Shown here piece by piece: positions 25,553-33,844 of a stretch of 64,000 nt of DNA. The notes beneath the pieces are model-generated. The model made no database searches. It was not told the origin of the DNA and saw nothing but the letters and a program-made list of their open reading frames with translations. The position numbers and the translations under genes were made by a program. Position 1 is the first letter of the stretch. Each line of letters begins with the position of its first letter. The stretch comes from a virus, in IMG/VR virus record IMGVR_UViG_3300042545_001484, positions 1-64,000 of that record; one strand, given 5' to 3'.

Positions 25553-26497
25553 ATGATTCTTGCTAAGGCACCTCTTCGAGTTTCCTTCTTTGGTGGTGGG
25601 TCGGATATTCCTGCCCACTACCTTCGTTGGGGCGGATCAACAATCTCTACTGCGATTGACAAGTATGTCTACGTTGCAGTAGGAAGAACTCCTCAGAATC
25701 ACATCAAGATCAACTATTCTAAACAAGAATTGGTGACTGCTGTTGATGACATTCAAAATGAAATTGTCAAGAATGCCTTAAAATATTTCGGTATCAAATC
25801 TAATATCGAGATCACCACGTTCGCTGATATTCCTACAGTTGGCACAGGGTTGGCAGGTTCTTCTGCTTTCGCCTGTGCACTGGTGGCTGCTCTTGCTGAA
25901 TATTTCCCTAACGGTAAACGGTATAGCGAATATGAGTTAGCGGAAGCTGCATGTAACATTGAGATCGATATGTGCGGCTGGGCAATCGGGAAGCAAGATC
26001 AGTATGCCTCTGCCTTCGGTGGCATGAATTATATTGAATATCTTGCCAGCGATCGGGTGTTGGTCCAGAGAATCGACCCTAAAGGCATCGATAGCTCCAT
26101 GGTTTTGATTCCGACAAACATTCAGCGCCATGCTGCAGAGATTCTCAATAAAATTGATTTTGATCAAAAGACATACCTCATTCGTGAAATGTCACACATG
26201 GCGGATATGCATGCCGACCTTTCTCCGACCTACGATCTCTACGGTCCACTGCTCAACGAAGCATGGAAGTTTAAGAAACAGCTGGAAGGTGGAATCAGCA
26301 GCCCAGAGATTGATTCTCTTTATGACCGATGCCTGAAGGCTGGTGCGTCAGGGGCAAAGCTGCTTGGCGCAGGAGGAGGTGGATATATGCTGGCTCTGAC
26401 TGACAACAAAAACAAATTGAAGCATGAGTTTTCTGATCGAGTCTGTCTTGATGTGGCTGTCGCATTAGACGGGGCAAGAGTAGTATACAAGGATTAA
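25553..26497 (+). CDS. GHMP-family sugar kinase, HddA-like (D-glycero-D-manno-heptose-7-phosphate kinase)
   Basis: N-terminal APLRVSFFGGGSDIP; GHMP motif II PTVGTGLAGSSAFACA; motif III GAGGGGYM. Confidence 0.7.
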   Translation: MILAKAPLRVSFFGGGSDIPAHYLRWGGSTISTAIDKYVYVAVGRTPQNHIKINYSKQELVTAVDDIQNEIVKNALKYFGIKSNIEITTFADIPTVGTGLAGSSAFACALVAALAEYFPNGKRYSEYELAEAACNIEIDMCGWAIGKQDQYASAFGGMNYIEYLASDRVLVQRIDPKGIDSSMVLIPTNIQRHAAEILNKIDFDQKTYLIREMSHMADMHADLSPTYDLYGPLLNEAWKFKKQLEGGISSPEIDSLYDRCLKAGASGAKLLGAGGGGYMLALTDNKNKLKHEFSDRVCLDVAVALDGARVVYKD

Positions 26498-26499
26498 AC

Positions 26500-27099
26500 A
26501 TGACAACACCATATTATACTCTAGATTCATACGCAGCAGAACTGTCACGTGCATTGAGCACTGTTGATCTGAAAGAACTTGACCTAGCAACCAGAAAGAT
26601 TTACGCTACCAAAGGAAACATTTATGTCTGTGGTAATGGCGGTTCGGCAGCTATCGCGGAACATCTGACCTGTGACTGTATGAAGGGTGTTGCTATGGAA
26701 TCAGATCTAGGGCAGTGGTTGAACATCACATCTCTAGCGTCCAACTTCCCTCTCATCTCTGCCATTGCCAACGACATTGGATATAATGAAATCTTTTCAA
26801 AACAAATTGAATGGCAGGTCAAAGATGGTGCTGCCGATGTTCTGATCGCTATCAGTTCCAGCGGTAATTCCCCGAACATTCTTAATGCGATTTCTAAGGC
26901 AGAAGAAAAGGGAATGGAAACTATTGCCATTGTTGGATTTGATGGTGGCGATGCGAAACAACTTGCTAACATTGTCATTCATATCGATTCTGACAATTAT
27001 GGTATCATTGAAGATGCCAGCCAAGCCATTATGCATTTCATGGCTCAACTGATGAGACGTTGGGCTTCTAACAAAGATCCAAGGGATATTAAATACTGA
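26500..27099 (+). CDS. gmhA: sedoheptulose-7-phosphate isomerase (GmhA, SIS domain)
   Basis: VCGNGGSAAIAEHLTCD and ISSSGNSPNIL, characteristic GmhA/SIS signatures. Confidence 0.8.
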   Translation: MTTPYYTLDSYAAELSRALSTVDLKELDLATRKIYATKGNIYVCGNGGSAAIAEHLTCDCMKGVAMESDLGQWLNITSLASNFPLISAIANDIGYNEIFSKQIEWQVKDGAADVLIAISSSGNSPNILNAISKAEEKGMETIAIVGFDGGDAKQLANIVIHIDSDNYGIIEDASQAIMHFMAQLMRRWASNKDPRDIKY

Positions 27100-27599
27100 T
27101 GAAACAGATTGATTTTGTCTTTCTAGATCTTGATGGAGTTGTCTTTGATTTTCATAGTGTGGTCGGCGACCAGCTAAATGACAAAGAAAAATGGTGGAAC
27201 GAAGGATTTCCTGCATTTATCGACGTTGGTGGGTTCGCGGATCTGCCTCTTCTACCATATGCTTATGAATTGATAGAGTTTCTTTGTGAAAATGTAAACG
27301 TCAATTTTCTATCATCAGCTGGTGGTGCATCCAGATTTGAAGAAATTGTTGACCAGAAGCTTGAAGCTCTGCGCAAGAACGGAATTGACCTGCCGACCAT
27401 CATCGTTCCCTCTAAAGGCATCAAGAAACAATTTGCTCGAGAGAATTATCTTTTGATTGATGATCAAGCAAACAATTGTCAAGATTTCATTGAAGCTGGC
27501 GGTGAAGCGATTGTCCATGTTGACGTGAAGACAACGATAGCCTATATAAAAGAACACTATTTTCTAAAAGGTAAAAGCCATGACCAAACAAACATTTGA
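27099..27599 (+). CDS. HAD-superfamily phosphatase, GmhB-like candidate
   Basis: HAD motif I FLDLDGVVFDF; 166 aa; directly downstream of gmhA. Confidence 0.5.
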   Translation: MKQIDFVFLDLDGVVFDFHSVVGDQLNDKEKWWNEGFPAFIDVGGFADLPLLPYAYELIEFLCENVNVNFLSSAGGASRFEEIVDQKLEALRKNGIDLPTIIVPSKGIKKQFARENYLLIDDQANNCQDFIEAGGEAIVHVDVKTTIAYIKEHYFLKGKSHDQTNI

Positions 27600-27864
27600 G
27601 TATGACGACGAGTCGTTCGACTTTGGATTCACCACTGTCTCCGAGCAAGACTTCAAGATCAAAGAAACGACTGTTGTCCAGCAGGTCACCAAAGAGGTAA
27701 CTGAAGCATCAAATGTAAAGGTCGAAAAGATCTACAAAATGATCATGCCTCTGCTGCTAAATCTTAAGAAAGATGCAGACAAAAATGAGTATATCTATTG
27801 GCCACATCGAGGAAAAAAGATCGATGAGTTTATTGCCATTCTAGAAAATGTTGTGAATAATTAA
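27580..27864 (+). CDS. hypothetical protein (94 aa)
   Basis: ORF followed by a strong terminator. Confidence 0.45.
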   Translation: MTKQTFEYDDESFDFGFTTVSEQDFKIKETTVVQQVTKEVTEASNVKVEKIYKMIMPLLLNLKKDADKNEYIYWPHRGKKIDEFIAILENVVNN

Positions 27865-27887
27865 GGAGGCTTCGAGCCTCCTTTTTT
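27865..27887. terminator. rho-independent terminator between convergent genes
   Basis: GGAGGC-ttcga-GCCTCC hairpin followed by TTTTTT. Confidence 0.7.
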
Positions 27888-28035
27888 ATGGGCGACCCTG
27901 ACCGCGATATTTCTTGAAGTTGCTTCTTTTGCGCTTGTTCATCGAACTCAACTTAGGATACCGAATGTCCTGAGCTGTTTTCTTGGGTCTGCGGACATGT
28001 ATCTCTTTTCCGACAGCAGTAGATTTTTTAGCCAT
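27887..28035 (-). CDS. small, very basic protein (about 49 aa) on the minus strand
   Basis: Own translation MAKKSTAVGKEIHVRRPKKTAQDIRYPKLSSMNKRKRSNFKKYRGQGRP behind a GGGAGA RBS; ends at the terminator. Confidence 0.4.
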
Positions 28036-28073
28036 AATTTTTTCTCCCAATCATATTTTTTAGAAAATAACTC

Positions 28074-28110
28074 TTGCTTTATTTTAAAAAACAGGTTATG
28101 GTGTATTTAT
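28074..28110 (+). promoter_or_regulatory. conserved promoter cassette (TTGCTT, 17 bp, TATGGT)
   Basis: Precedes gene 28134. Confidence 0.55.
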
Positions 28111-28133
28111 AAGATGAGAAAAGGAAATGAATT

Positions 28134-28334
28134 ATGACTTATGATGAATTTGATAACATGTACGATAACTCCTATGATCTCCAGGATCAGCATATGGTGT
28201 ATATCATGGAAAATTGCCATGGTGAACGTTCCATCTGTAATGGTGATGGTTTGATCGTTGCCCAAGAAGAGGGCTACCTCTACGAAGATTTTCGTGACCA
28301 TTACATCGAAAAGCATATGTTGGTGGAAGCATAA
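28134..28334 (+). CDS. small acidic hypothetical protein
   Basis: Follows the promoter; 66 aa. Confidence 0.45.
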   Translation: MTYDEFDNMYDNSYDLQDQHMVYIMENCHGERSICNGDGLIVAQEEGYLYEDFRDHYIEKHMLVEA

Positions 28335-28336
28335 CC

Positions 28337-28918
28337 ATGCTTGAGCAGGACAAACTGGCAATCGAAGCTATCTTAGGAAAATATTCTCCTGAAGAAAAAT
28401 TCGCCTTTTATAGCTCTGGTTCGCAAAAAGTCTGCCGACAAAATAAATGGGGTAATCCCTTTGTTCCAGGTCGAAGTCAAGAGATCGTCGTCTGCAATAT
28501 TCTTGGATTTACAATCAGCAACTCTGTGAGTGGAGCAGATGCTTACGACGCCGATGGACCTGCCGAGATTAAATCTTGCTCTCCTGGCGAAGATGCAGTG
28601 TATAAAGGAAAGTTTGATGCAGTGTATGGCGGAATTTCGTTCTTCCCTACATGGGAAGAGCAACTGGAATATCTTGACCAAAAGATTTTGGCATACAAAA
28701 ATCACTACCATTCTCGATGGGAAAATGGAGAATGCATGGAGATCTGGCAGATGGATTGTCAGACTGTATATGATCTCCTGCTCCCGAAACTCAAAAAGCG
28801 TTACGAAACCTTAAAGGCTAACGACCGAATCAAGGATCCACGCATGCAGGGTGTGCTGACCAAAAAGCAAATTTATAAGCACGGAAAAAAAGTTTATGAT
28901 TCTGAAAATAATGCTTGA
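28337..28918 (+). CDS. hypothetical protein (193 aa)
   Basis: ORF in operon context; no recognisable motif. Confidence 0.55.
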   Translation: MLEQDKLAIEAILGKYSPEEKFAFYSSGSQKVCRQNKWGNPFVPGRSQEIVVCNILGFTISNSVSGADAYDADGPAEIKSCSPGEDAVYKGKFDAVYGGISFFPTWEEQLEYLDQKILAYKNHYHSRWENGECMEIWQMDCQTVYDLLLPKLKKRYETLKANDRIKDPRMQGVLTKKQIYKHGKKVYDSENNA

Positions 28919-28953
28919 TTTATTTTTAAAATTAGGTTAGAGTGAATAATAGG
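28915..28953 (+). promoter_or_regulatory. conserved promoter cassette (TTGATT, 17 bp, TAGAGT)
   Basis: Precedes gene 28975. Confidence 0.6.
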
Positions 28954-28974
28954 AAATGAAGAAAGGAAGTTTTT

Positions 28975-29328
28975 ATGACCAAGTTTACCTCTTTTGACCG
29001 TGCCTCGCTGAAGGCTCTTCGTGATGATCTCCAGACTGTTCTGGATGCCTACGCTGCAAAGTCTGGTCTTGATTTTGATATTGGTGGTATTCGTTTTAGC
29101 GAAGCTGAAGCTACGATTAAGCTGACCACCAAAATCAAGGGTGCTGTTACTCGCACCGACCTGAACCTGCAGCGTATGATTGAAGCATACAATCTGGTTA
29201 TGGAAAAGAACGGTCGCAAGCTGGTTCGCTACGATACTCGCAAGCCGAAGTTCCCGTTCATCTATGAAGAAAACGGTAAGATGTTCAAGACGACAGCTGA
29301 TCGTGCGAAATATCTTTTTGCTGCTTAA
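28975..29328 (+). CDS. hypothetical protein (117 aa)
   Basis: Follows promoter and RBS. Confidence 0.55.
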   Translation: MTKFTSFDRASLKALRDDLQTVLDAYAAKSGLDFDIGGIRFSEAEATIKLTTKIKGAVTRTDLNLQRMIEAYNLVMEKNGRKLVRYDTRKPKFPFIYEENGKMFKTTADRAKYLFAA

Positions 29329-29344
29329 TTTTTAAAAATAATGC

Positions 29345-29380
29345 TTGCTTTATTTTAAAAACTAGGTTATATTGAGAATA
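29345..29380 (+). promoter_or_regulatory. conserved promoter cassette (TTGCTT, 17 bp, TATATT)
   Basis: Precedes gene 29429. Confidence 0.55.
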
Positions 29381-29428
29381 TGAGGAGAGGGGAATGGTTC
29401 CCTCTCCGTTTGAAAAGGAAATTATATT

Positions 29429-30391
29429 ATGGCTCATGAACTTGAAATGATCGGCGATGCTGCTTCGATGGCTTACGCTGGCGACCTGCCTTGGCACGGT
29501 CTTGGTACCAAGGTTCCTTCGGATCTCTCGCCCGAGCAGATGATGAAGGCTGCTGGTCTCGACTGGGAAGTCGAGAAGTTCCCTGCTTTTGCCGAAGTTA
29601 ATGGCAAGCGCATTGACACTGGTCGTTCCGCTTTGGTTCGCACCTCTGACAATAAGTTCTTCGACATGGTTGGCGATGACTGGAATCCTGTCCAGAATCG
29701 TGAGGCATTCGAATTCTTCAATGACTTTATCGCTGCTGGCGATATGGAAATGCATACGGCTGGCTCGCTCAAGGGTGGTCGTAATATCTGGGCTCTCGCA
29801 AAGGTTAACGAATCCTTCGAGATCAACGGTGACGACAAGGTTGAAGGATACCTTCTCTTCTCGAATCCTCACCAGTACGGCAAGACCGTTGACGTTCGTT
29901 TCACTCCCATCCGTGTTGTCTGCAACAACACTCTGACTATGTCGCTGAACGGCACAGCTGAGCGTATGTTCAAGATGAACCACCGTCAGGTGTTTGACGG
30001 CGATATGGTCAAGGAAGTCCTCGGCGTCTCTAAGGATAAGCTGGCTCGTTACAAGGAAATGGCTGAGTATCTCTCGACCAAGCGTTATAACAACGAGTCG
30101 ATCGTTGAATATTTCAATCGTGTATTCCCGATGACCACTCGCAAGGAAGTCGATCCGTTGGAACTGCAGTCGCGTGCTGCCAAGCTGGCTTACGAAGTTC
30201 TCGAGACTCAGCCTGGAGCCGAATATGCTGCTGGCTCTTGGTGGCAGGCATTTAATGCTGTTACCTACTCAACCGATCACCTTCTTGGTCGTTCGGCTGA
30301 CACTCGCCTGACTTCGGCTTGGTTTGGTTATAACCAGCGTCGCAAGCTTGAGGCTGGTAACCTCGCGCTCGAGATGGCTGAAGCTGCGTGA
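29429..30391 (+). CDS. phage/plasmid-related protein of unknown function (DUF932 / TIGR03299-like by recollection)
   Basis: N-terminus MAHELEMIGDAASMAYAGDLPWHGLG resembles the conserved start of that family; 320 aa. From memory, not searched. Confidence 0.45.
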   Translation: MAHELEMIGDAASMAYAGDLPWHGLGTKVPSDLSPEQMMKAAGLDWEVEKFPAFAEVNGKRIDTGRSALVRTSDNKFFDMVGDDWNPVQNREAFEFFNDFIAAGDMEMHTAGSLKGGRNIWALAKVNESFEINGDDKVEGYLLFSNPHQYGKTVDVRFTPIRVVCNNTLTMSLNGTAERMFKMNHRQVFDGDMVKEVLGVSKDKLARYKEMAEYLSTKRYNNESIVEYFNRVFPMTTRKEVDPLELQSRAAKLAYEVLETQPGAEYAAGSWWQAFNAVTYSTDHLLGRSADTRLTSAWFGYNQRRKLEAGNLALEMAEAA

Positions 30392-30618
30392 TTGTAACGT
30401 ATCTACCATGGTTGATGTCATGCCTTACTATCTGGATGACATTACTCGCTGGCAATAATCATCCTCGTGCATGGGCGGTCGGTCTTGCCAACCAAGTCCT
30501 CTGGGTGACATGGATTATTGCCAGCGAAGCATGGGGATTGATTCCGATGAGCATCGCTCTTGCGATTGTATATACTCGGAATCATTTTAAATGGAATATA
30601 GATAAGAAGGAAGTTTAA
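30388..30618 (+). CDS. small membrane protein (76 aa)
   Basis: Two hydrophobic helices; start overlaps the previous stop. Confidence 0.4.
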   Translation: MIVTYLPWLMSCLTIWMTLLAGNNHPRAWAVGLANQVLWVTWIIASEAWGLIPMSIALAIVYTRNHFKWNIDKKEV

Positions 30619-30619
30619 T

Positions 30620-30850
30620 ATGTTTTGGTTGTGGTTAATTGTTGCTATTTTGTTTATTGCAGTAGGTTCGTACGTAGTCGGCACGCTTGATACAGATATT
30701 GATAGTAAGTTTGGTATATTTTGGGTCACCTTTATTGGATCTCTGACGTGGCCAGTTGTACTTGCTGCCGTAATTATCATCGGACCGTTCTTTGGTCTCT
30801 TCTGGCTCGGTGATCGTAAGCGTGAGAAGCTCAAGAATCAAGAAAAATAG
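30620..30850 (+). CDS. small membrane protein (76 aa)
   Basis: Two hydrophobic helices (MFWLWLIVAILFIAVG..., TWPVVLAAVIIIGPFFGLFWL). Confidence 0.4.
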   Translation: MFWLWLIVAILFIAVGSYVVGTLDTDIDSKFGIFWVTFIGSLTWPVVLAAVIIIGPFFGLFWLGDRKREKLKNQEK

Positions 30851-30853
30851 TGC

Positions 30854-30892
30854 TTGCTTTATTTTTAAAAATAGGTTAGAGTGAATAATAGG
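30854..30892 (+). promoter_or_regulatory. conserved promoter cassette
   Basis: TTGCTT, 17 bp, TAGAGT, GAATAATAGGA. Confidence 0.6.
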
Positions 30893-30910
30893 AATTGAAA
30901 AGGAAATTTT

Positions 30911-31354
30911 ATGCCTAATTGGTGCTCAAATAATGTGACTCTTACCCACAATGATCCAGAGATGATTGTTCGTGCAAAAACTGCCATTGAACAGGACACA
31001 CTGCTCAATGAGTTCGTTGCCTGTCCAACAGGCTGGGATTATGACTGGTGTGTGCAAAATTGGGGCACCAAATGGGACATCAACGAAGGTCAAGTCTTTG
31101 AGTCTGATGAGACCAGCCTTGACTGCATGTTCGAAACTGCTTGGGCTCCTCCAATCAAGTTCTATGAGGCTCTAGAGCGTCTTGGGTTTGAGGTCGAGGC
31201 TCAGTATTTCGAACCAGGAGCAGGATATGTTGGTGAATTCAGCAATGGTGTGGATGAAGATTTCGAGATTGATCCAGACGATTTCAGCAACATCCCTGAC
31301 TATCTCATGGAGATGTATGACATCCCCGAGCATTATAATTTTGAAGAAGAATGA
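30911..31354 (+). CDS. acidic hypothetical protein (147 aa)
   Basis: Follows the promoter; Asp/Glu-rich C-terminus. Confidence 0.5.
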   Translation: MPNWCSNNVTLTHNDPEMIVRAKTAIEQDTLLNEFVACPTGWDYDWCVQNWGTKWDINEGQVFESDETSLDCMFETAWAPPIKFYEALERLGFEVEAQYFEPGAGYVGEFSNGVDEDFEIDPDDFSNIPDYLMEMYDIPEHYNFEEE

Positions 31355-31363
31355 AAATAGTGC

Positions 31364-31400
31364 TTGCTATTATTTCCGATTCGGGTTATAGTGAATAATA
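31364..31400 (+). promoter_or_regulatory. conserved promoter cassette variant (TTGCTA, 17 bp, TATAGT)
   Basis: Precedes gene 31421. Confidence 0.55.
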
Positions 31401-31420
31401 GGATGATGAAAGGGAAGCTT

Positions 31421-31630
31421 ATGAAGATCGTGAATTTGTTGCTCGTCGGAGTTGGTTTTTTTGCTGTTCTCGGCACGGTCGGTGCTAGTGACTTCTATGA
31501 AGAATGTCGTGCTGCTGCTGACTGTGTTGCTGGTCCACCGATCAGCCTTTCTGAAATCCTTATTCGTTGCTCCATCGGGGTTGCTCTGATTTGTTTGGGT
31601 GTTCTGAACGAATTGAAAGTTAAGATATAA
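31421..31630 (+). CDS. small membrane/secreted protein (ATG 31421 inside track ORF 31364..31630)
   Basis: MKIVNLLLVGVGFFAVLGTVGAS..., N-terminal hydrophobic helix; 4 Cys. Confidence 0.4.
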   Translation: MKIVNLLLVGVGFFAVLGTVGASDFYEECRAAADCVAGPPISLSEILIRCSIGVALICLGVLNELKVKI

Positions 31631-31953
31631 TGAGCCTAGATTCGTTTTTCGAGGCGGATCTGGTGAATGAAGTCCAGACGCTGGATGAGAAAATCAAACA
31701 GCGTCGGACACAAATGCTGGTACATTCGTATCGGTATTATGTGCTTGATGATCCAGTTATCACTGACGAAAAGTGGCAACAGTGGGCTGACGAGTTGACC
31801 GAACTGCAGGTGAAAAAGTCCAAGATTGGCTTTTATGATGATGCATTCGCCGACTGGAATGGTTCCACTGGTATGCACCTTCCGTTTGATAACTGGATCA
31901 AAGAGAAGGTAAAATACCTAAATAAAATATCAGTTGCTGACAGGCAACAGTAA
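31630..31953 (+). CDS. stand-alone protein resembling the N-terminal domain Ia of NAD-dependent DNA ligase (LigA)
   Basis: KIKQRRTQMLVHSYRYYVLDDPVITDEKWQQWADELTELQ parallels LigA [32 protein letters not shown]. Only 107 aa; no ligase catalytic domains follow. Confidence 0.45.
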   Translation: MSLDSFFEADLVNEVQTLDEKIKQRRTQMLVHSYRYYVLDDPVITDEKWQQWADELTELQVKKSKIGFYDDAFADWNGSTGMHLPFDNWIKEKVKYLNKISVADRQQ

Positions 31954-32335
31954 AAGCGGAAAGACAGGGGTTCGACTCCCCTCACCTCCACCATAGATAA
32001 AGCAACAGGGACTATACAGCGTACGTAATATAGGAACTGGCCGACCGCATGGCTTGCCTCAAGGGAGATAATGTTTGGGGACGAGTAACTGGATAGGAGT
32101 CATGACCTTGGATGTTACTTCAAGTTGGTGCTTTGTCTATGATGGGGGTGACCTGGATATCGATTTTCGTGTAATAGGGCGTCCGAGACTGATTGACTGG
32201 CAAAGTGCCACAAACTGTAAATGCAAACGACAATGACGTTGCCTTTGCTCTAGCTGCCTAACAGCTAGCATTGGGTATGAGTTCCACCTCGAAACAGAAC
32301 GGGCTCAAATACACACTACACACATAAGGAAAATA
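31935..32335 (+). ncRNA. ssrA: two-piece (circularly permuted) tmRNA (ssrA): acceptor piece ends CCA at 31993, coding piece starts GGGGGTGA at 32147, tag ANDNDVAFALAA encoded at 32223..32261
   Basis: T-arm AGGGG-TTCGACT-CCCCT, then CACCTCC-A-CCA, pairs with the downstream 5' GGGGGTG including a G3-U70 pair (Ala identity). The 5' consensus GGGGGTGACCTGGATATCGATTTTCG matches tmRNA 5' ends. Reading frame GCA AAC GAC AAT GAC GTT GCC TTT GCT CTA GCT GCC TAA. CCA-before-GGGG order is the alpha-proteobacterial two-piece arrangement. Outer boundaries are approximate. Confidence 0.6.
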
Positions 32336-32338
32336 ACT

Positions 32339-32545
32339 ATGTCTAATGATACACCTTTCTTGCTCCGTATGGACATGATCAAACTAGCTCAACAAAGAGC
32401 CTCAGAAAAATTCCATGCGAGTATGAATGCTGCCTATGAGAATTCTAGGTTGCACAATACGCCTCTTCCAGAAGTTGCTTATCCTGCCACAGATGACATT
32501 ATTGCTGAAGCACAACTTCTCAAATCTTTCGTTGATGGCAATTAA
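32339..32545 (+). CDS. hypothetical protein (68 aa)
   Basis: AAGGAAAATAACT RBS immediately after the tmRNA coding piece. Confidence 0.45.
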   Translation: MSNDTPFLLRMDMIKLAQQRASEKFHASMNAAYENSRLHNTPLPEVAYPATDDIIAEAQLLKSFVDGN

Positions 32546-32977
32546 TTAAATTGGGGTCTGGCGGGAACCTTGCAACAGAATCCCGCCACTTAGATGGACA
32601 CACAGTCTTTCAACCACATTGCACAGGATGTAATGTCACGACAGATCGACTGAGTTGCGCAACGTGTGTCCATCTAAGTCTAACCGAAGGTTTATAGCGG
32701 CAGACCGAAGGTTTTGGGGTAAACTCGAGACCTAAATAAAATGTTACCTCTGGGGGTCTTCCTCCATTGACTCTTACACAGCTTCAGTCTTTAGGGCACA
32801 GAAAGCAGTAGGCTCGCCTACTACCGACCAAACCATAATGATTCGCATTTCCAGTAAGAGGGAAATGGATTAGAAGATACCTCGACTTTCTTTATTATTG
32901 TATCTTCTCGTAGCGGTATTGTTCTTGTATGTTATACACGGAACAGTCGCCGACTCATTAAACTAAAGAGGATACAA

Positions 32978-33610
32978 ATGAAGAATTTCTTCAAAAATCT
33001 CACATCAAAATTTAATATTGATAAATTATTCGAACAGAGAATTGATTACCCAAATCTAACATATGGCTCAGGTTTTTGCATGGGAATGGTTGCCATTCTA
33101 ACTATATCTGCACTAGCTCCTGCCAAAGCAATTACTGTAGAAGTTCCGGTGATCCAAAAGGTTCCCGTGATCAAGATTGTTGAAAAGCCAACAATCGTGA
33201 AAGTTCCTGTAAAACTGGATCATAATGATCAAAAACAGATCCAGTGCCTCGCCGAAAACACATATTTCGAGGCTGGTAACCAATCAACCAAAGGCAAGAT
33301 TGCCGTCAACAATGTAGTTATGAATAGAGTAAATGATCCTAAAGGTCGTTTCGGAAAGACAGCATGTGCAGTTGTTTCACAAAGAAACAAAAGAACATGT
33401 CAATTTTCTTGGAAATGTGAAGGTCAGAAGAAAATTCGTAGCCGTGAGCAATTTGTCGAATCAAAGAAAATTGCTGAACAAGTATATCTTGGCAATTACG
33501 GGGACATTACAGGGGGAGCTAAATTCTATCATGCGAACTATGTAAATCCACGTTGGAATCTAGAAAGAGTCACACGAATTGGTGCACATATTTTTTATAG
33601 AGAAGGCTAA
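32978..33610 (+). CDS. SleB-type cell-wall hydrolase (Hydrolase_2 domain) with N-terminal signal-anchor; likely SAR-type endolysin
   Basis: TM segment GFCMGMVAILTISALAPAKA. Hydrolase_2 pattern QIQCLAENTYFEAGNQSTKGKIAVNNVVMNRVNDP...QFSW. Confidence 0.65.
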   Translation: MKNFFKNLTSKFNIDKLFEQRIDYPNLTYGSGFCMGMVAILTISALAPAKAITVEVPVIQKVPVIKIVEKPTIVKVPVKLDHNDQKQIQCLAENTYFEAGNQSTKGKIAVNNVVMNRVNDPKGRFGKTACAVVSQRNKRTCQFSWKCEGQKKIRSREQFVESKKIAEQVYLGNYGDITGGAKFYHANYVNPRWNLERVTRIGAHIFYREG

Positions 33611-33613
33611 ATT

Positions 33614-33841
33614 ATGAACTCAATGACTCGAATGAAAGTAATTTGCGAAACAATTGAAGAACTCGTGTGGAAACACGATCTCTCGTATATGGATGCAATC
33701 ATCTATTACTGCGAAGAGAATAATGTGGAGGTGGAAATATTTGCCAAGGCAATTAAAACCAACGATATGCTTAAAGCAAAACTTCAACTCGAAGCAGAGA
33801 GTCTACACTATCTTCCTAAAAGTGCAATGCTACCAATTTAA
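33614..33841 (+). CDS. hypothetical protein (75 aa)
   Basis: Directly after the endolysin. Confidence 0.4.
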   Translation: MNSMTRMKVICETIEELVWKHDLSYMDAIIYYCEENNVEVEIFAKAIKTNDMLKAKLQLEAESLHYLPKSAMLPI

Positions 33842-33844
33842 TGC

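Noticed and set aside
29285-29983. 232-aa minus-strand ORF and nested plus and minus ORFs at 29473-29936
   Set aside because: Antisense or alternative frames of the 320-aa promoter-driven plus-strand gene 29429..30391. No independent signals.
31935-31993. CCA-ending tRNA-like segment read as the 3' end of a conventional tRNA gene, or as a prophage attachment site in host ssrA
   Set aside because: No matching 5' acceptor strand or D/anticodon arms lie upstream. The matching 5' strand (GGGGGTG) lies about 150 nt downstream together with a tag frame, so this is a permuted tmRNA. Phage promoter cassettes on both sides and the absence of an integrase argue against a host junction.
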